A DNA stretch of 63,356 nt, filler included. It is 12 parts of 12 records of this genome, joined end to end, with 100 filler letters (N's around TTAATTAATTAA, not from the genome) between each part and the next. Parts side by side here need not be neighbours in the genome. Positions count along the whole stretch, not along the records: positions 31,963 to 38,663 come from SRR15195285_5498; positions 38,764 to 43,234 come from SRR15195285_5503; positions 43,335 to 47,317 come from SRR15195285_5510; 9 more parts are not named here. One strand, 5' to 3'. A program made the position numbers and the translations under genes. Of the stretch, positions 31,963 to 43,491 are shown one piece after another. Under the pieces are notes generated by a model that did not search any database, was not told where the DNA came from, and saw only the letters and a list, made by a program, of their open reading frames with translations. Each line of letters opens with the position of its first letter. The first letter of the stretch is position 1.

Positions 31963-34900
31963 TGCTGCTGCCTGCTGCCTGCTGCCTGCTGCTGCGTCGC
32001 CGTCACCGCAGGCGTCCAAGCCGTACCGCAACCAGTCGTGGTGCAACCCCGCCCTGCCAATGGAGCGGCGGATTGACGACATGATCAGCCGCATGACGTT
32101 GGCTGAGAAAATCGCCAGCCTCGCTTCCTCGAACAACGCCATTCCGTCGCTGGGACTGCCTTCCTACAGCTGGCGGTCCGAAGCCGAGCATGGCATAGAG
32201 TATGCACGGTTTGACCAGCTCACGCCCTATGCGACAGACTTTGCTTTTCCGACGACGCTCGCTATGAGCTTCAACAAGAGCCTCTTCCGAGCCGTCGGGG
32301 CGCAGGTTGGGGCAGAGGCACGCGCACTGATGAATGTTGGAAACGCTGACTCTACCTTCTGGACGCCGGTGATAAATCTTGGCAGGTGCGAGAATGTTGC
32401 ATCTGCTGCACTAATCGCATGGAATCATTATGTTGCACCGCGCACAAGGATCGTCCTGTCACGATTGTACTGTGATCTTGCAGGGATCCGAGGTGGGGCA
32501 GAAACTTCGAGACGCCAGGCGAGGTAGGTCTCGACAATTGTGAGCGTGCTTGGTGGTTCCAATCTTGATTTCGCCCCACACCTGGTGAATCTTGCGTTGG
32601 GTGCGGATCGCAGGACCCGTATTTGACCGGAGAGTACGCGGCGAGCTTTGTTCAGGGATTCCAAGAGAACCCTTTAGATCAGACCCACCTACAAGCGTCG
32701 GCGTGCTGCAAGCACTATGATGCCAATAGCATGGAAAAGACCACGGAGGCTGGGGTGATGTGGTCACGCCACGATTTCAACGCAAACGTGACGCAACAGG
32801 ATCTGGTCGACTCATACCTCCCCGGATTTCAGGCGTGTGTTGAAAAAGGTTAGCACAACCGTCACGAGATGTGCTAATATGTGCACGTGCATTCATGCTT
32901 CCTCGTTCCGGCTGCATTTGCATTGTTATTCTAAAGCTGTCTGGGCTTTGTTTGTGAATTTGGGATAAGGCCGAGTTTCTGGACTCATGTGCAGTTACAA
33001 TGCAGTCAACGGCGTCCACTCCTGGTCCGACTCCTTGCTCTGCTTTTCACTCAGTCACTCTGCACACGGGTCTGCTTGAGGCCGCGCTGTGTGGTTGTGT
33101 CCTGATCGGCTGTGCTGCATTGAGGCTAGTGCAAACACCTGGCTACTACAGACGATAGCTCGAGATGCTTGGAACTTCGACGGGTACGTGACAGCTGACG
33201 TAAGTGGTTCTAACGATGCATTTGTGCGATACTTGATCGCAAAAGTGACCGAGCGAGATATTAGAATGCAGCTGTTGACTAGTCTTGTACGATAGTCTAG
33301 GCTTGAACTGCTAAGATAGCTGATGTTGAGCGCTTCTCATCAAATGGATAGTGTGATGCCGACGGTGATGCGTACGACTCTCACAGCGAGACTGCAGAGG
33401 AGGCAGTGGCCAAGGTGTTGAGGGCTGGCACAGACAATGACTGTGGCACTTTTGTCACTGAACATGCAGCATCCGCCCTCAACCAGTCGGTGATCACGCT
33501 CGCGGACATTGAACTACGATTGCGCATGATGTTTCGTGTTCGTATCCGGTTGACGCACTTCGACCCACCGGGACCGCTGCAGACTATCCCGATTTCTGTT
33601 ATCTGCTCAAACGACGCTCAGGCCCTTGCGCGTGACAGTGTGACAGATGCCGTTGCGCTGCTCAAGAACGTGAATTCAACGTTACCCCTCAGTGCAGCGG
33701 ACGTCTCGACCCTCGCTGTCATCGGTCCCACAGCGATGCTCAGCCGCCAATCCAACTTCTACGCGGGCCCACGCACACCCTGTGGAATGCGCTTCTCGAC
33801 GCTGGTGAATGCGATGGAGCAGCACGTCTCCAGAGTATTGATTGCAAACGGCACCTCAGTATGTGATGGTAGCGGCTCGGTAGTTCCTTACGAACCACAT
33901 GTCAACGGCAGCTGCTGTGCGTCCGTGTCTGCGCCACCGAACACAACAGAGATAGCCGCGGCAGTCGCTATGGCAAAGAGCGTCGACGTAGTAGTAATGG
34001 CTATTGGGACGAACCTCGCGACAGCGTGTGAGGGCCATGACGCTACATCTGTGTCGATCTCTGATGGGCAACGCGCACTAGTGAAGGCAGTGACTGACGC
34101 GGTATCAAGACCTGTTGTGGTTGTGACGATGACAGGAGTACCGCTCGACATCTCCGAGCTGCTTGCAAACGACAATATTGGGGCAATCGTCCATGCTGGA
34201 GTCCCTGGAGTCCAGACGCTTGGTATTGGAGACATAATATTTGGACTGAAGAGCCCAGCCGGTCGCATTGTTCAGACCCAGTACACCCAGAGCTTTGCTG
34301 ATCAGCTCTCCATCTTTGATATGTGAGTGAGGGCTCAGTGTGCGAACCCGATTTTGTATGCGGGGCCCTTGTCCTTGCTCGCCGTCAAGTTGCCTTATTC
34401 CGCAGTATACTCCGTGTGGTGTTGCTAGGAATATGCGCCCAGGCCCAAGCATATGGCCGAGACCGGACTGCAACTGCAGCTTGCACTGTTGTGGCAACGG
34501 ATGCAGCTGTACGAACAGTACACCAAACGGTGACCCGAAGTACTGTGAATGTGGCTCACCCGGCTGCACTAAGAAACCACAGTCATCGTTGCCACCTTGC
34601 CCGCGCGGTATCAATCCCGGCCGCACACACCGGTTCCTCGCGGATAAGACTACTGCAGTCAGACCGTTTGGTTATGGGCTCTCTTGTGAGTGGAGTGTCG
34701 GGCCTGGTATCGTCTTTGGTCTGCATTATTGTAAACCAGCAATCCCGCGATTTTGCTGGCCTCATAATTCTTACGATGTACGTGGGTCGCGTTTCAGATA
34801 CAACGTGGAGTTACAAGCTTGTGGCTGGGCCGACTGGACCTATCTCCCTCAATACGGTGCGGGAGCTTCTGGAGAACAGTCCCACTGAGGCTTCTCGTCA

Positions 34901-35249
34901 GTTTCCGTCGCACCGAGTCACCGAGACGAGGAACCCAGTGGTGTCCTACACAGTAAATGTGACCAACACTGGTACAGTTGACGCTGACCATGTGATCCTT
35001 GGTATGCTGACGCCGCCAAACGCTGGGGTGAATGGAGTCCCGATCCAAGTGCTGTGGGGCTTCGAGCGAATCCACGTTGCCGCTGGCGAAACTGTAACTG
35101 TCTCGATGACCCCCTCAATGACCGACTTCACTCAGGTCGACGCTTCGGGGCTGCGGAACGCCCATGGAGGCGAATACACGTTCCGTTTTGGCATCGAGGA
35201 GATGCCGCGCGACCAGGGCTTCCTCGAGCACGTCGTCGAGGCGAACTAA
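31963..35249 (+). CDS. GH3 beta-xylosidase/beta-glucosidase (BXL-like), 5'-partial, 8 exons
   Basis: Exons ..32385, 32484..32523, 32614..32848, 32970..33024, 33130..33199, 33352..34322, 34429..34685, 34798..35249, all GT-AG. They give RDPRWGRNFETPGEDP, CKHY, GLMCSYNAVNG, nucleophile GYVTADCD, EGHD, SPAGR, PFGYGLSYT and an Fn3-like tail. Confidence 0.95.
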
Positions 35250-35674
35250 GGGTCTGTACAGCGCACTCGACTCGACAAGCTGGAATATATGGGCCGACAT
35301 TTGCTTCTATCGTACCTAGCTTCGTGTCATAATATTGGGTGTCTGGTGTGGTTGGAAAGTCGATCCCGCCGCGGGTTTCTCCACTACGGTAGCAGGTAGA
35401 GGCGGATTCGAATGCATCAATTTATGAAGTACCAGGTACAGTATGATTCATCATTTTTTAAAAAATGATTGTATCATATGCCAGTGGATATGGTGGAGCT
35501 TCCCAACTTTTGGTGCCGCCGGCGCCGCGGCCACGAGTCGATCGAGCGCACGCTACGGTGCGGCGCGTGCGCATATATAATATATGGCCATGCCCGTCGC
35601 GCGGCGCCGCGCCCGCGCCGCCCCAGCGCCCCCGGGCGCAGATACTAGTACTAGTACCGGTAGATGGGCGCGCG

Positions 35675-35723
35675 CTAGCCAGTCCTGGGACCAGCTAGTA
35701 TACTAGCCAGTCCTGGGACCAGC
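35675..35723 (+). repeat. 21-bp direct repeat CTAGCCAGTCCTGGGACCAGC x2 upstream of NSRP1
   Basis: Copies at 35675..35695 and 35703..35723. Confidence 0.85.
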
Positions 35724-35868
35724 GAGCGCGACGATCGCGGGCGCCCGCGCGGGGTGGCGCCCTTGGCGGCCCTGGCGCTCCCTCGCCGCTGGTAGACCGC
35801 AGCACCACGCACGCACGTGGGGGGGGGCCTTGGAGAGCCCACGACGTTCATCGGGGGCCTCGCACAGT

Positions 35869-36888
35869 ATGGCGTTTAACATGACGATGAAGAAACCGGG
35901 CAAAAAGTACGGGCTCGTCAAGCCGAAGTCGGCAAAGGCCAGTAAGAAGCCGGCCCTGGCCGCGTTCGCAGCGGGAGAGGACGACGAGCAGGAGCCGATG
36001 AGCGCGAAAGAGCAGGTCAACTACGCGATCTTACAAGCGCAAGCGTCAGAAGCGCGCAAAAAAAAGGCCGAGGCGACCTACTCTGAGGCGCTGGACCAGG
36101 ACGCGAGCGTGTTCGACTACGATGGGGTCTACGACCAGATGCAGGAGAAGCGCGCCGAGTCGGCACAAGCGCGCAAGAAGAAGGAGAGTGTGCGCGCCCC
36201 GAAGTACATCAACAACATTCTCAAGATGGCAGAATACAAAAAGCGCGAGGAGGAACGCGTGAAGGAGCGTGTCGAGGCGCGCGAACGCTTGAAAGAGCTG
36301 GAGGAGTTCGGCGACACAGAGAAGTTCGTGACATCTGCGTACAAGAGGAAGCTGGAGGAATGGCAGGCGCTGGACCAGGAGGACGCTCGACAGGCGGCGG
36401 TCGAAGCCGCACAAGACGTTCGAAAAAAGGACAACCTTGACTCGTTCTACGTCAACCTCATGCACGACAATGTGTCTATGGGTCAGATGCTCGACAAGAC
36501 GAATCCGGCGGCCGCCGCTACCGCGCCAGAAGGCTCATCTACGGCCGGCGATGCGCCGTCAGCGGCTGCATCCGCAGGGGCAGCTGACACTGCAGGCGGC
36601 GACGGGGACGGAGTCGAGTTAGGGATTGCAGGGGGTACGCAGATGACGTTTGACTCTGCGATGGCGAACAAAGAACAGGCAGCTCAGCCAAGGGTTCGCG
36701 CTGTGCAGCGTTCTGATGGAACGAAAGAGGCGAAGCGGCGTGAAGACAAGGCTGCAGAAGAAGAGGCAGAGAGAATCAAGACGAAGATGGCGAAACGAAA
36801 TGATGATGCGTCAGTTGCCTCCGCCAAGGAGCGCTATCTTGCCCGTAAGGCAGCGGCTGCAGCCGCGAAGGCAGCAGTAAACAGCTGA
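35869..36888 (+). CDS. NSRP1: Nuclear speckle splicing regulatory protein 1 (CCDC55/DUF2040)
   Basis: ALDQDASVFDYDGVYD, PKYINNIL, EFGDTEKFVTSAYKRKLEE, and C-terminal SAKERYLARK. Confidence 0.9.
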   Translation: MAFNMTMKKPGKKYGLVKPKSAKASKKPALAAFAAGEDDEQEPMSAKEQVNYAILQAQASEARKKKAEATYSEALDQDASVFDYDGVYDQMQEKRAESAQARKKKESVRAPKYINNILKMAEYKKREEERVKERVEARERLKELEEFGDTEKFVTSAYKRKLEEWQALDQEDARQAAVEAAQDVRKKDNLDSFYVNLMHDNVSMGQMLDKTNPAAAATAPEGSSTAGDAPSAAASAGAADTAGGDGDGVELGIAGGTQMTFDSAMANKEQAAQPRVRAVQRSDGTKEAKRREDKAAEEEAERIKTKMAKRNDDASVASAKERYLARKAAAAAAKAAVNS

Positions 36889-37009
36889 CCATGCATCGAC
36901 GTCTAGTACTGTTCTGCACCACGCCAACATACTTGTTGTGCAAGGGTTTGGCAAGATAATAGTGCCGCAGAACTTTTGGTATCGCATTCACATCGCACGC
37001 AGTTGGCTC

Positions 37010-38302
37010 TCAAATTGCATCTGGGCCGAAGTCGTCACGTCCGCACACGTACATCTCTGCTTTTCGATAGCTCCAGTACTGAGGCTCGACACATTCGCAA
37101 TCGAAGACGCCTGCCCCAGTCGCGTGCTGATCACCTCTTGTGATTGTCGCCGTCGGAGCAAACGCAACGTCACGTTCTGCGTCCTGTGTTGTTTCGGCGC
37201 GATGTGCATGTGCGAACACCTCGCTGTCCGTCGCTCGCGTCACCTTAGTGATACCGAGTGCCCTCGCCTCGGCAGAGCCCTCTTCGGGGCAGTGTGTAAC
37301 ACGACAGTGGCTGGGAGCGTACTGCATCTGCATCGCCCATCGAGGCAGCGAGGTGGTATTCGGGCCAGACCCATGCACACACGAGACGTTGAAGATGAGA
37401 GCATCTCCAGGCGTCATTGGAACGGCGACTGCTTCGTCAGGTGGCGGAGGGTCACGCACGCTGTAGTAGATGTGAGCTGCGGGAGAGGAGCGGACGGGCA
37501 GGTCGTGAGTGACAATGCCGCGCTGGTGACTCTTAGGCCACAACTGCATACACCCATTGCCTACATCCGCCGCGTCCAGTGCGACCCACCAGCCCAGAAC
37601 AGTATTCGGCGTCAGCCGCATCACGCCAGTATCTTGGTGCCAGCGCTTCTCGCCAGTCCCAGGAGGCTTCAGGAGTGCCATCGACTGGACCAGCTTCAGG
37701 TCAGGCCCGAGCGCAGATTTAGTGAAGTCCAACACCGTGCTGTCGTCGACGAGCAGACGTCGGAAAAAATCACTGTGTGTCGCAAGACGGAAGATCCTTC
37801 GCACCGCAAGCTCTGGAGATGCTGGAATGACTTCACCCGCAACCACTCGCGGGTCCAGGTCGACGAATGGCGGCCCTTCCATGTTGGTGATTTCTGGATC
37901 TGTGCGCTCTGGCCAGTCGTCGATGATTCGAGATATGGTGTCGCGGCACTCTGCAACCTGCTGCTGCGAGAGAAAATCACGGCAGACGACGTACCCACGT
38001 TCCATGTACTGCGCAAGGAGTTGAGAACGGCGCGCAGGATCAAGCAGCTCTGCGGGTCCGCGCGGGTCACCCGTCTCGGTGTGCAGCCGCGGCCGGCCGG
38101 CTGCACTGTCGGTACGAAACTGGGGGTCCGGTACATCAGGCAGGGCATCCCCGCCTGCCCAGAGAAGCTGCCGCGCGTCGTTCAGAGCACGACCTCTCGC
38201 CTCCGCAGCTCCTGTGCAGGAGACAGTAGCAGCAGCCTTCAAATTTCGGAGGCCCAAGCCAACCGCTACCGCGCCGAGGCGCCGCCTGCGTATGCTGCGC
38301 AT
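37010..38302 (-). CDS. Phytanoyl-CoA dioxygenase (PhyH) family Fe/2OG oxygenase with an Arg-rich, transit-peptide-like N-terminus
   Basis: YMERGYVV, KPPG...WHQD, WVALD...NGC..P.SH, GDALIF...HGSGPN...R. Confidence 0.9.
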   Translation of the reverse strand: MRSIRRRRLGAVAVGLGLRNLKAAATVSCTGAAEARGRALNDARQLLWAGGDALPDVPDPQFRTDSAAGRPRLHTETGDPRGPAELLDPARRSQLLAQYMERGYVVCRDFLSQQQVAECRDTISRIIDDWPERTDPEITNMEGPPFVDLDPRVVAGEVIPASPELAVRRIFRLATHSDFFRRLLVDDSTVLDFTKSALGPDLKLVQSMALLKPPGTGEKRWHQDTGVMRLTPNTVLGWWVALDAADVGNGCMQLWPKSHQRGIVTHDLPVRSSPAAHIYYSVRDPPPPDEAVAVPMTPGDALIFNVSCVHGSGPNTTSLPRWAMQMQYAPSHCRVTHCPEEGSAEARALGITKVTRATDSEVFAHAHRAETTQDAERDVAFAPTATITRGDQHATGAGVFDCECVEPQYWSYRKAEMYVCGRDDFGPDAI

Positions 38303-38663
38303 GGAGAGCTCGCGGCGGCGGGGCATCCACGTGAGTGCTGAGTCGCACTGGACCGCACACGCCGGCCTGATGAGCAAACAACTCCGCGCGTAGCCGTGTG
38401 TGCGGCTGCGCTGCAGCTGCAGCTGTACTCAGATTGCCACACAGCAGGCGCGTGATGCACGCAATACGTGGTTAGATCTACGTGCCACGCGCGTGCCAGC
38501 GCCGAGCGAGGTGTCGATGAGACTGCACGCGCAGTGCCCAGGTTGAGTGGGAGTTAGTTGCAAAGTTTAATTACCTAAAGGCGATTTCGCCGGATTGTAT
38601 TTGTAGACAGACAATTTATATACTCGATTGATTGTGTGAAGCAATCAATATAGGTCCCTAGTA

Positions 38664-38763
38664 NNNNNNNNNNNNNNNNNNNNNNNNNNNNNNNNNNNNN
38701 NNNNNNNTTAATTAATTAANNNNNNNNNNNNNNNNNNNNNNNNNNNNNNNNNNNNNNNNNNNN
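38664..38763. other. Artificial contig spacer
   Basis: N44-TTAATTAATTAA-N44. Confidence 0.99.
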
Positions 38764-41112
38764 GAATGCCCTCGCAATGGATACACTGAGCAGGATGGCA
38801 TACACAAAAGGCCATGCCACTCTTGCGATCGCATCAACGGCATGCACGTCACCCTTCACAGCACGGAGCTTGCCAATCAATGCTGTTCGGCCTCCAGTGT
38901 CAATTTCATCTCCATCATCCGTCACACCCGCAGTTTCCACAACTGGGTTTTGCGTAACGCCAAGTTGCGGTTTCTGAGGCCGGTTGCACATAAATTTCCA
39001 AAGGAAGCTTTGGGAGTACACAAAGATGGTGGCGAATGCAACGACAAAGTTGATGCATATGTGAACCAGCAAAAACTCGTCAAGCCACGTCATTGCGCTC
39101 ATTTGCACATCTTCGCCTCGGAGCTGGATGATGGCCAGCGTTGTCACGGTTATGATTGTCATTCGGGTGCTTACGTCGTTCAAGAAATGGCAACACATGC
39201 AGAGGATTGTGAGCAAAATGCAAGGGCCGATATGTGTGATATGATATTGGCTTGCGTTTCTCCGGAGATGGAACGATATCCGCACGCCACTATGTTGGTC
39301 GCCCAAACAATTAGACTGCAGTACTGGCGCTTGGCTTGAGCTGAAGCAAAGCGATTCCATCGTGATATCCAAGCCCCATTCCATACCGTCCAGACCATCG
39401 GAATTGAGGGTGCCAACGTTGAAAACGACACTTTTTGCGTCATTGACTGATTGGACGTCAATGTTGCAAGTGTGTGAGTCGAACGGGAATTTGCTCACGC
39501 TCATTGAGCACGTTGTAATTGTGTGTTCTTGCCGACGCCAAAACACGTCGCCGTTGTTTCCACTAGTTGCATACTTTCTCCCTGTCTGTTCGCCTGTAAA
39601 TGGAATCACTTCCAAATTTTCTATTGTCCAAACAGGAAGCCACAATATGGTTGCATCTTGCCAGGACAGACCACCATCAAGTTGATACTCGCTGTATCTC
39701 AACCGTGGATCGTTCCACGTCAAGTCCAGGTAGTAGTACGTCGACAATGACCCACCTTTAACGTCAACATCTGACACCCCCCTGAGCTCGAAATTGACAT
39801 CGACCTGCAGCGGACTTTTCGCGACCAAGGCTTGCGAATGCCACACAGAGAATTCCACATCTGGTAGGTCCGTGTAAGTTATTGGCCGGGCACCTCGCAC
39901 GTAACTTTCTTGGATACGGGCTCTCACACGCTCGCTCATCTCGGGAATGCGAATATCAACGGGCGCCACAACTCCAGAAGCATTGAGGATGCGCTCGGGG
40001 ACATCCGAAAAGTTTGTGAACATGATTGTATCAAGTGCAGCCTTGGTAATGCCGTCGTCAGGAATTGACCATTGTTGATTTACATCAGCGAACATGAAGC
40101 CGGCACGTGTGTACTCCCGTGACATGAGGTTATCGTCATACCCATTCAGAAAGAATTGGCCAAGTGACCGCAACTTTGTTTCCTTCAGGGTTTCGATTGC
40201 CCAACCGCCCATCATGCTATTCGCAACAAACAAACCATTGACTTTTCTGTCTTCCAATAGTTCCGTAGCAAACCACTCTTGAAACCTCGCGCGGGTGCCG
40301 TCAATGTCACCCCAGTAGTTTGTGCTCATGTCTTCGAACACTGAGACTAGCTGGTGCGGTGTTGGGCACTTCGCAATCTGTTTGCGAAAATTTATGATTC
40401 TTTCAACTGACCACTGGCAACGCCCGCATCCGTAAGCGAGAACGCGGATCGGTTTTTCCCCTGCAATCCGGCAAAATTCTTCCACCACCAGCGCACCGCC
40501 CATGGCTTCGTCAGAATTGAAGCTTATTATGTTCAAGTCGGGGTTCTCTAGCATGGTCGTTGGCTTTGAAACTACAGCCATCCCAAACCCGCGACGAGCT
40601 AGCGAGCGCAGCGTGTCTATATTCGTAAGGTTCTCGGTGATGTTGAGAGCGTCTTGTGACAACGGTGATTTCGCGAAAGTTTGGAGCCCGGGCGCATACA
40701 TGACCGCCTTGTGCGGCTCTGAGTTGTCGAAGCGGTCACGAAATTGTAGAAGAATATCTTTTTCGCTTGCATCCTGGTTTTCAAATAATGCCGCATAAAA
40801 TTCTGTGCGTTGCGCCTCGAGGGCTAGAATCATTGAGTGTGTGAAAGCACAGTTTGAAAAAACGCCAATCTGACATGCGCCCCAATTTGAGCTGGGTAAA
40901 CCGCCGCCAGCAACGCATTCTTCGAAGCTAGAGCAGTAGACCACGTGTCCAGGTGGGAGTGGATTTTCGTTGCCGTCGTACCCCACCGAACCCATCAAAT
41001 ACACGACAAGCTTTTCGTCCGCCGCCAAAGCAAACATTGGAAGCGCGCACACAAATAGCTGGACCAAGAACATTTTGGGCAGCCCTGAGTAGAAATTGCC
41101 CAGCTGAAACAT
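38764..41112 (-). CDS. Cys-loop pentameric ligand-gated ion channel with an N-terminal type-I (sugar-binding) periplasmic-binding-protein domain; stop codon lost in the gap
   Basis: Signal peptide MFLVQLFVCALPMFALA (ATG 41073). PBP-I motifs SDEAMGG, ERIINF, LFVANSMMGGWAI, LNGYD, ADVNQ. Channel motifs WNDPRL, LWLP, Cys-loop CSMSVSKFPFDSHTC (39466..39510), M1 HIGPCILL, M2 RMTIITVTTLAI, M3 WLDEFLL, M4 VDAIARVAWPFVY. Confidence 0.9.
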
Positions 41113-41879
41113 GGAGCCGGATTTGCCCTCGGATGGCTCTGCGCCGCGGTTCGTACTTGCCCGCGACTCGCCGGCGTGGGCTCAGAGTGCAGAATATGAC
41201 GGGACCTGCACGGTGGGCGCGCTGGGCGCGTTGCTGCTGGCCTGGCTGGCCGCTTTTTTCTGTCTCGGCGTCGTCGAGAAGTGCGGGCGCCGAGGCCGGC
41301 CGCCCGGCCGCTGCCGCTTGTGTGCTCACAGCACGTCGCAGCCACTTCCGCGAGCTGCCACGCAGCACAGTCGGCCGTATGAGCTCGGGAACAGTCGGCC
41401 GTCGCGCAGCGTAGCAGGAGCAAGAGATTGAGAAATGCGTCGCACCTCCAGGGCCCGGTCGGCCAGCTGCCGTCACGCCGCGGCACCCACTGCTGTCCAC
41501 AGAGCACATCGTGCGTGCACTTGGTCAAGACATGCAGCTAACACGGAGGCCCGGGAACCGGCGCGGCCGGCCCAAGAAAGACCGATGCAGACAGAGCGGT
41601 GTAGGTGCAGCAGGGGAGGCGCGAAGCCGGGCGAGCGGCGCACCCGTTGCTCGGTGGGTGCTGTGCTGCCGCTGGCGGTCTGGCAAGGCTAGGTCTGCTC
41701 GGGAAATCACATCCAGCTTGATGCCACCAGCCGATTCTCTCCTCGCAGCCGGGAGGCCTGAGAGAGGCGGCAGCGCGAGGAGAGAATCGAACGACGACAT
41801 GCGACGTGGCAAGCTAGAGTACGGTCCACTGGGTCCACTACTCGAACATGTGTTCATCACACATGTGTTCATCGATCAC

Positions 41880-42270
41880 CGCCGTACTTGTACTGCGGTA
41901 TATTCGGGTACTACCAGTAGCTAGTACTTGAGTACGTGTACCGTCTACCGTACGTGAGGAGGAATTCCTACAGCTGTACTGTTGTACACGTACGTACCAT
42001 TGATGATAGTACTAGTACAGTACTGTACTAGTATGTAGGGATCCCTCTACTATAGGATGTATTCGAATGCTGCTGTAGGCCCCCTACTGTACTGGCAAGT
42101 ACTACTAGTATAATAGCACATGTGTTAACACATGTACTCGAGCTACTACATGTAGTACGTACTATTCATAGTACTCTATACAGCCTGTAGTACTATCGAG
42201 TACAGTACTGTACAAGGTAGCAGTACGTGTACTAGAGGCCGTAGTACGAGTATACTAGTAGTACTCTTGA
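41880..42270. promoter_or_regulatory. TA-rich, palindrome-dense region between divergent genes (putative bidirectional promoter)
   Basis: Dense GTAC/CTAG/TACTAGTA; perfect palindromes at 42010..42033 (24 bp) and 42118..42135 (18 bp); TACTATTCATAG at 42160. Confidence 0.5.
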
Positions 42271-42450
42271 CGGCACAATTGCATTTGACGTGACTCGTGT
42301 CCGTCCACCATGAATCAGGCAACGCAAGAACTAGGATTCCCAGGTTGCCAAAGCGGTTGACGGGTTGCGTGCGCGCATTACGTTGTTTGATGTATAGTAG
42401 GTTGACACCTTGCAGCGCCACACTACTACGTCCTGGCGCCGCTGCTTGTG

Positions 42451-43234
42451 ATGCGCATGTACGCGGCCGTCATGGCCGCGCTGGTCGTGACCCCGGCGTG
42501 CGCTGTTCCAACAGCACCAGGGCTCACCTTCGAGCAGAGCCTCGCGCTCTCGTCGCCACTCTCCCAGAACAGCTATGCTGCAGTTGAGTATGAGCTCTCC
42601 GCCATCCTGACGCAAGCCAACGGGGTGCATACGACGGCCACGGTTGTGACGCAGTCAGCCAGCCGCCGTCTACAGGACAGCGCATCGCTCTCCATCACCT
42701 ACACCGTGGCTTGTGGAGGTGACTGCGACACGGTCGCTGCGGTGAGTCAAACGTTGCAACTCTCATAGCCTGAATGGCCAACCTCATCGGTGCAAGGCTC
42801 GCTTAACAGTGCGGTGCGATGCACGTAGTCTCTAACGGCGGTAGCTACTACTGTAGCCTTCGCTGACAGCATCATCGCCGCTATCAATAGCGCCGCATCT
42901 AACTCCGGTTTCGATAACGTCGTCACGAGCTCCTCTGCTGAGGTGTTAGCCAACATCATCCTACCGGACACCGTGACCATAAGCCTTCCGCCGTCTCCGT
43001 CTTCGTACGTCACACATCTCTTCTGATACTGCGCTTCCTCCCAGCGTGTATGGCAGTTCACTCACGACTTCTTGTGCGGGCTGCAGCAGCCTTACATGCC
43101 ACTCGGAGACCTGCCACAACGATGGCCACTGGATCGAAATCGACTTTGGCGAGTTTGACACCATCGAGGAATGCCAGAACCTTTGCTCCTGCCACCCAGA
43201 GGCGACCTCCATGCAGTACAATGACGACGGCTGG
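42451..43234 (+). CDS. Secreted protein with an RRLQ-containing module and a PAN/apple-like Cys domain (3'-partial; introns 42742..42828 and 43005..43044)
   Basis: Signal peptide; SASRRLQDSASLSITYTV; GT-AG introns keep the frame; DTIEECQNLCSCHPEATSMQYN is PAN-like. Confidence 0.65.
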
Positions 43235-43334
43235 NNNNNNNNNNNNNNNNNNNNNNNNNNNNNNNNNNNNNNNNNNNNTTAATTAATTAANNNNNNNNNN
43301 NNNNNNNNNNNNNNNNNNNNNNNNNNNNNNNNNN
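43235..43334. other. Artificial contig spacer
   Basis: N44-TTAATTAATTAA-N44. Confidence 0.99.
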
Positions 43335-43491
43335 ACTCGATGTGCCCAGGTTGGCTGCTCCGCGACGGCCCGCGCGCGGCCGCGCGCGCGGCCGCGCGCG
43401 AACCTCCGGGATCTGACGTATACCGTAGTTCGAGTACCATAGCAGCGCGTGTACGGCAGTTTTTGGGACGAAGGGACGACCCACGCAGCGA

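Noticed and set aside
36938-38341. 467-aa plus-strand ORF overlapping the PhyH gene
   Set aside because: Antisense shadow of the well-supported minus-strand dioxygenase, with no motifs of its own.
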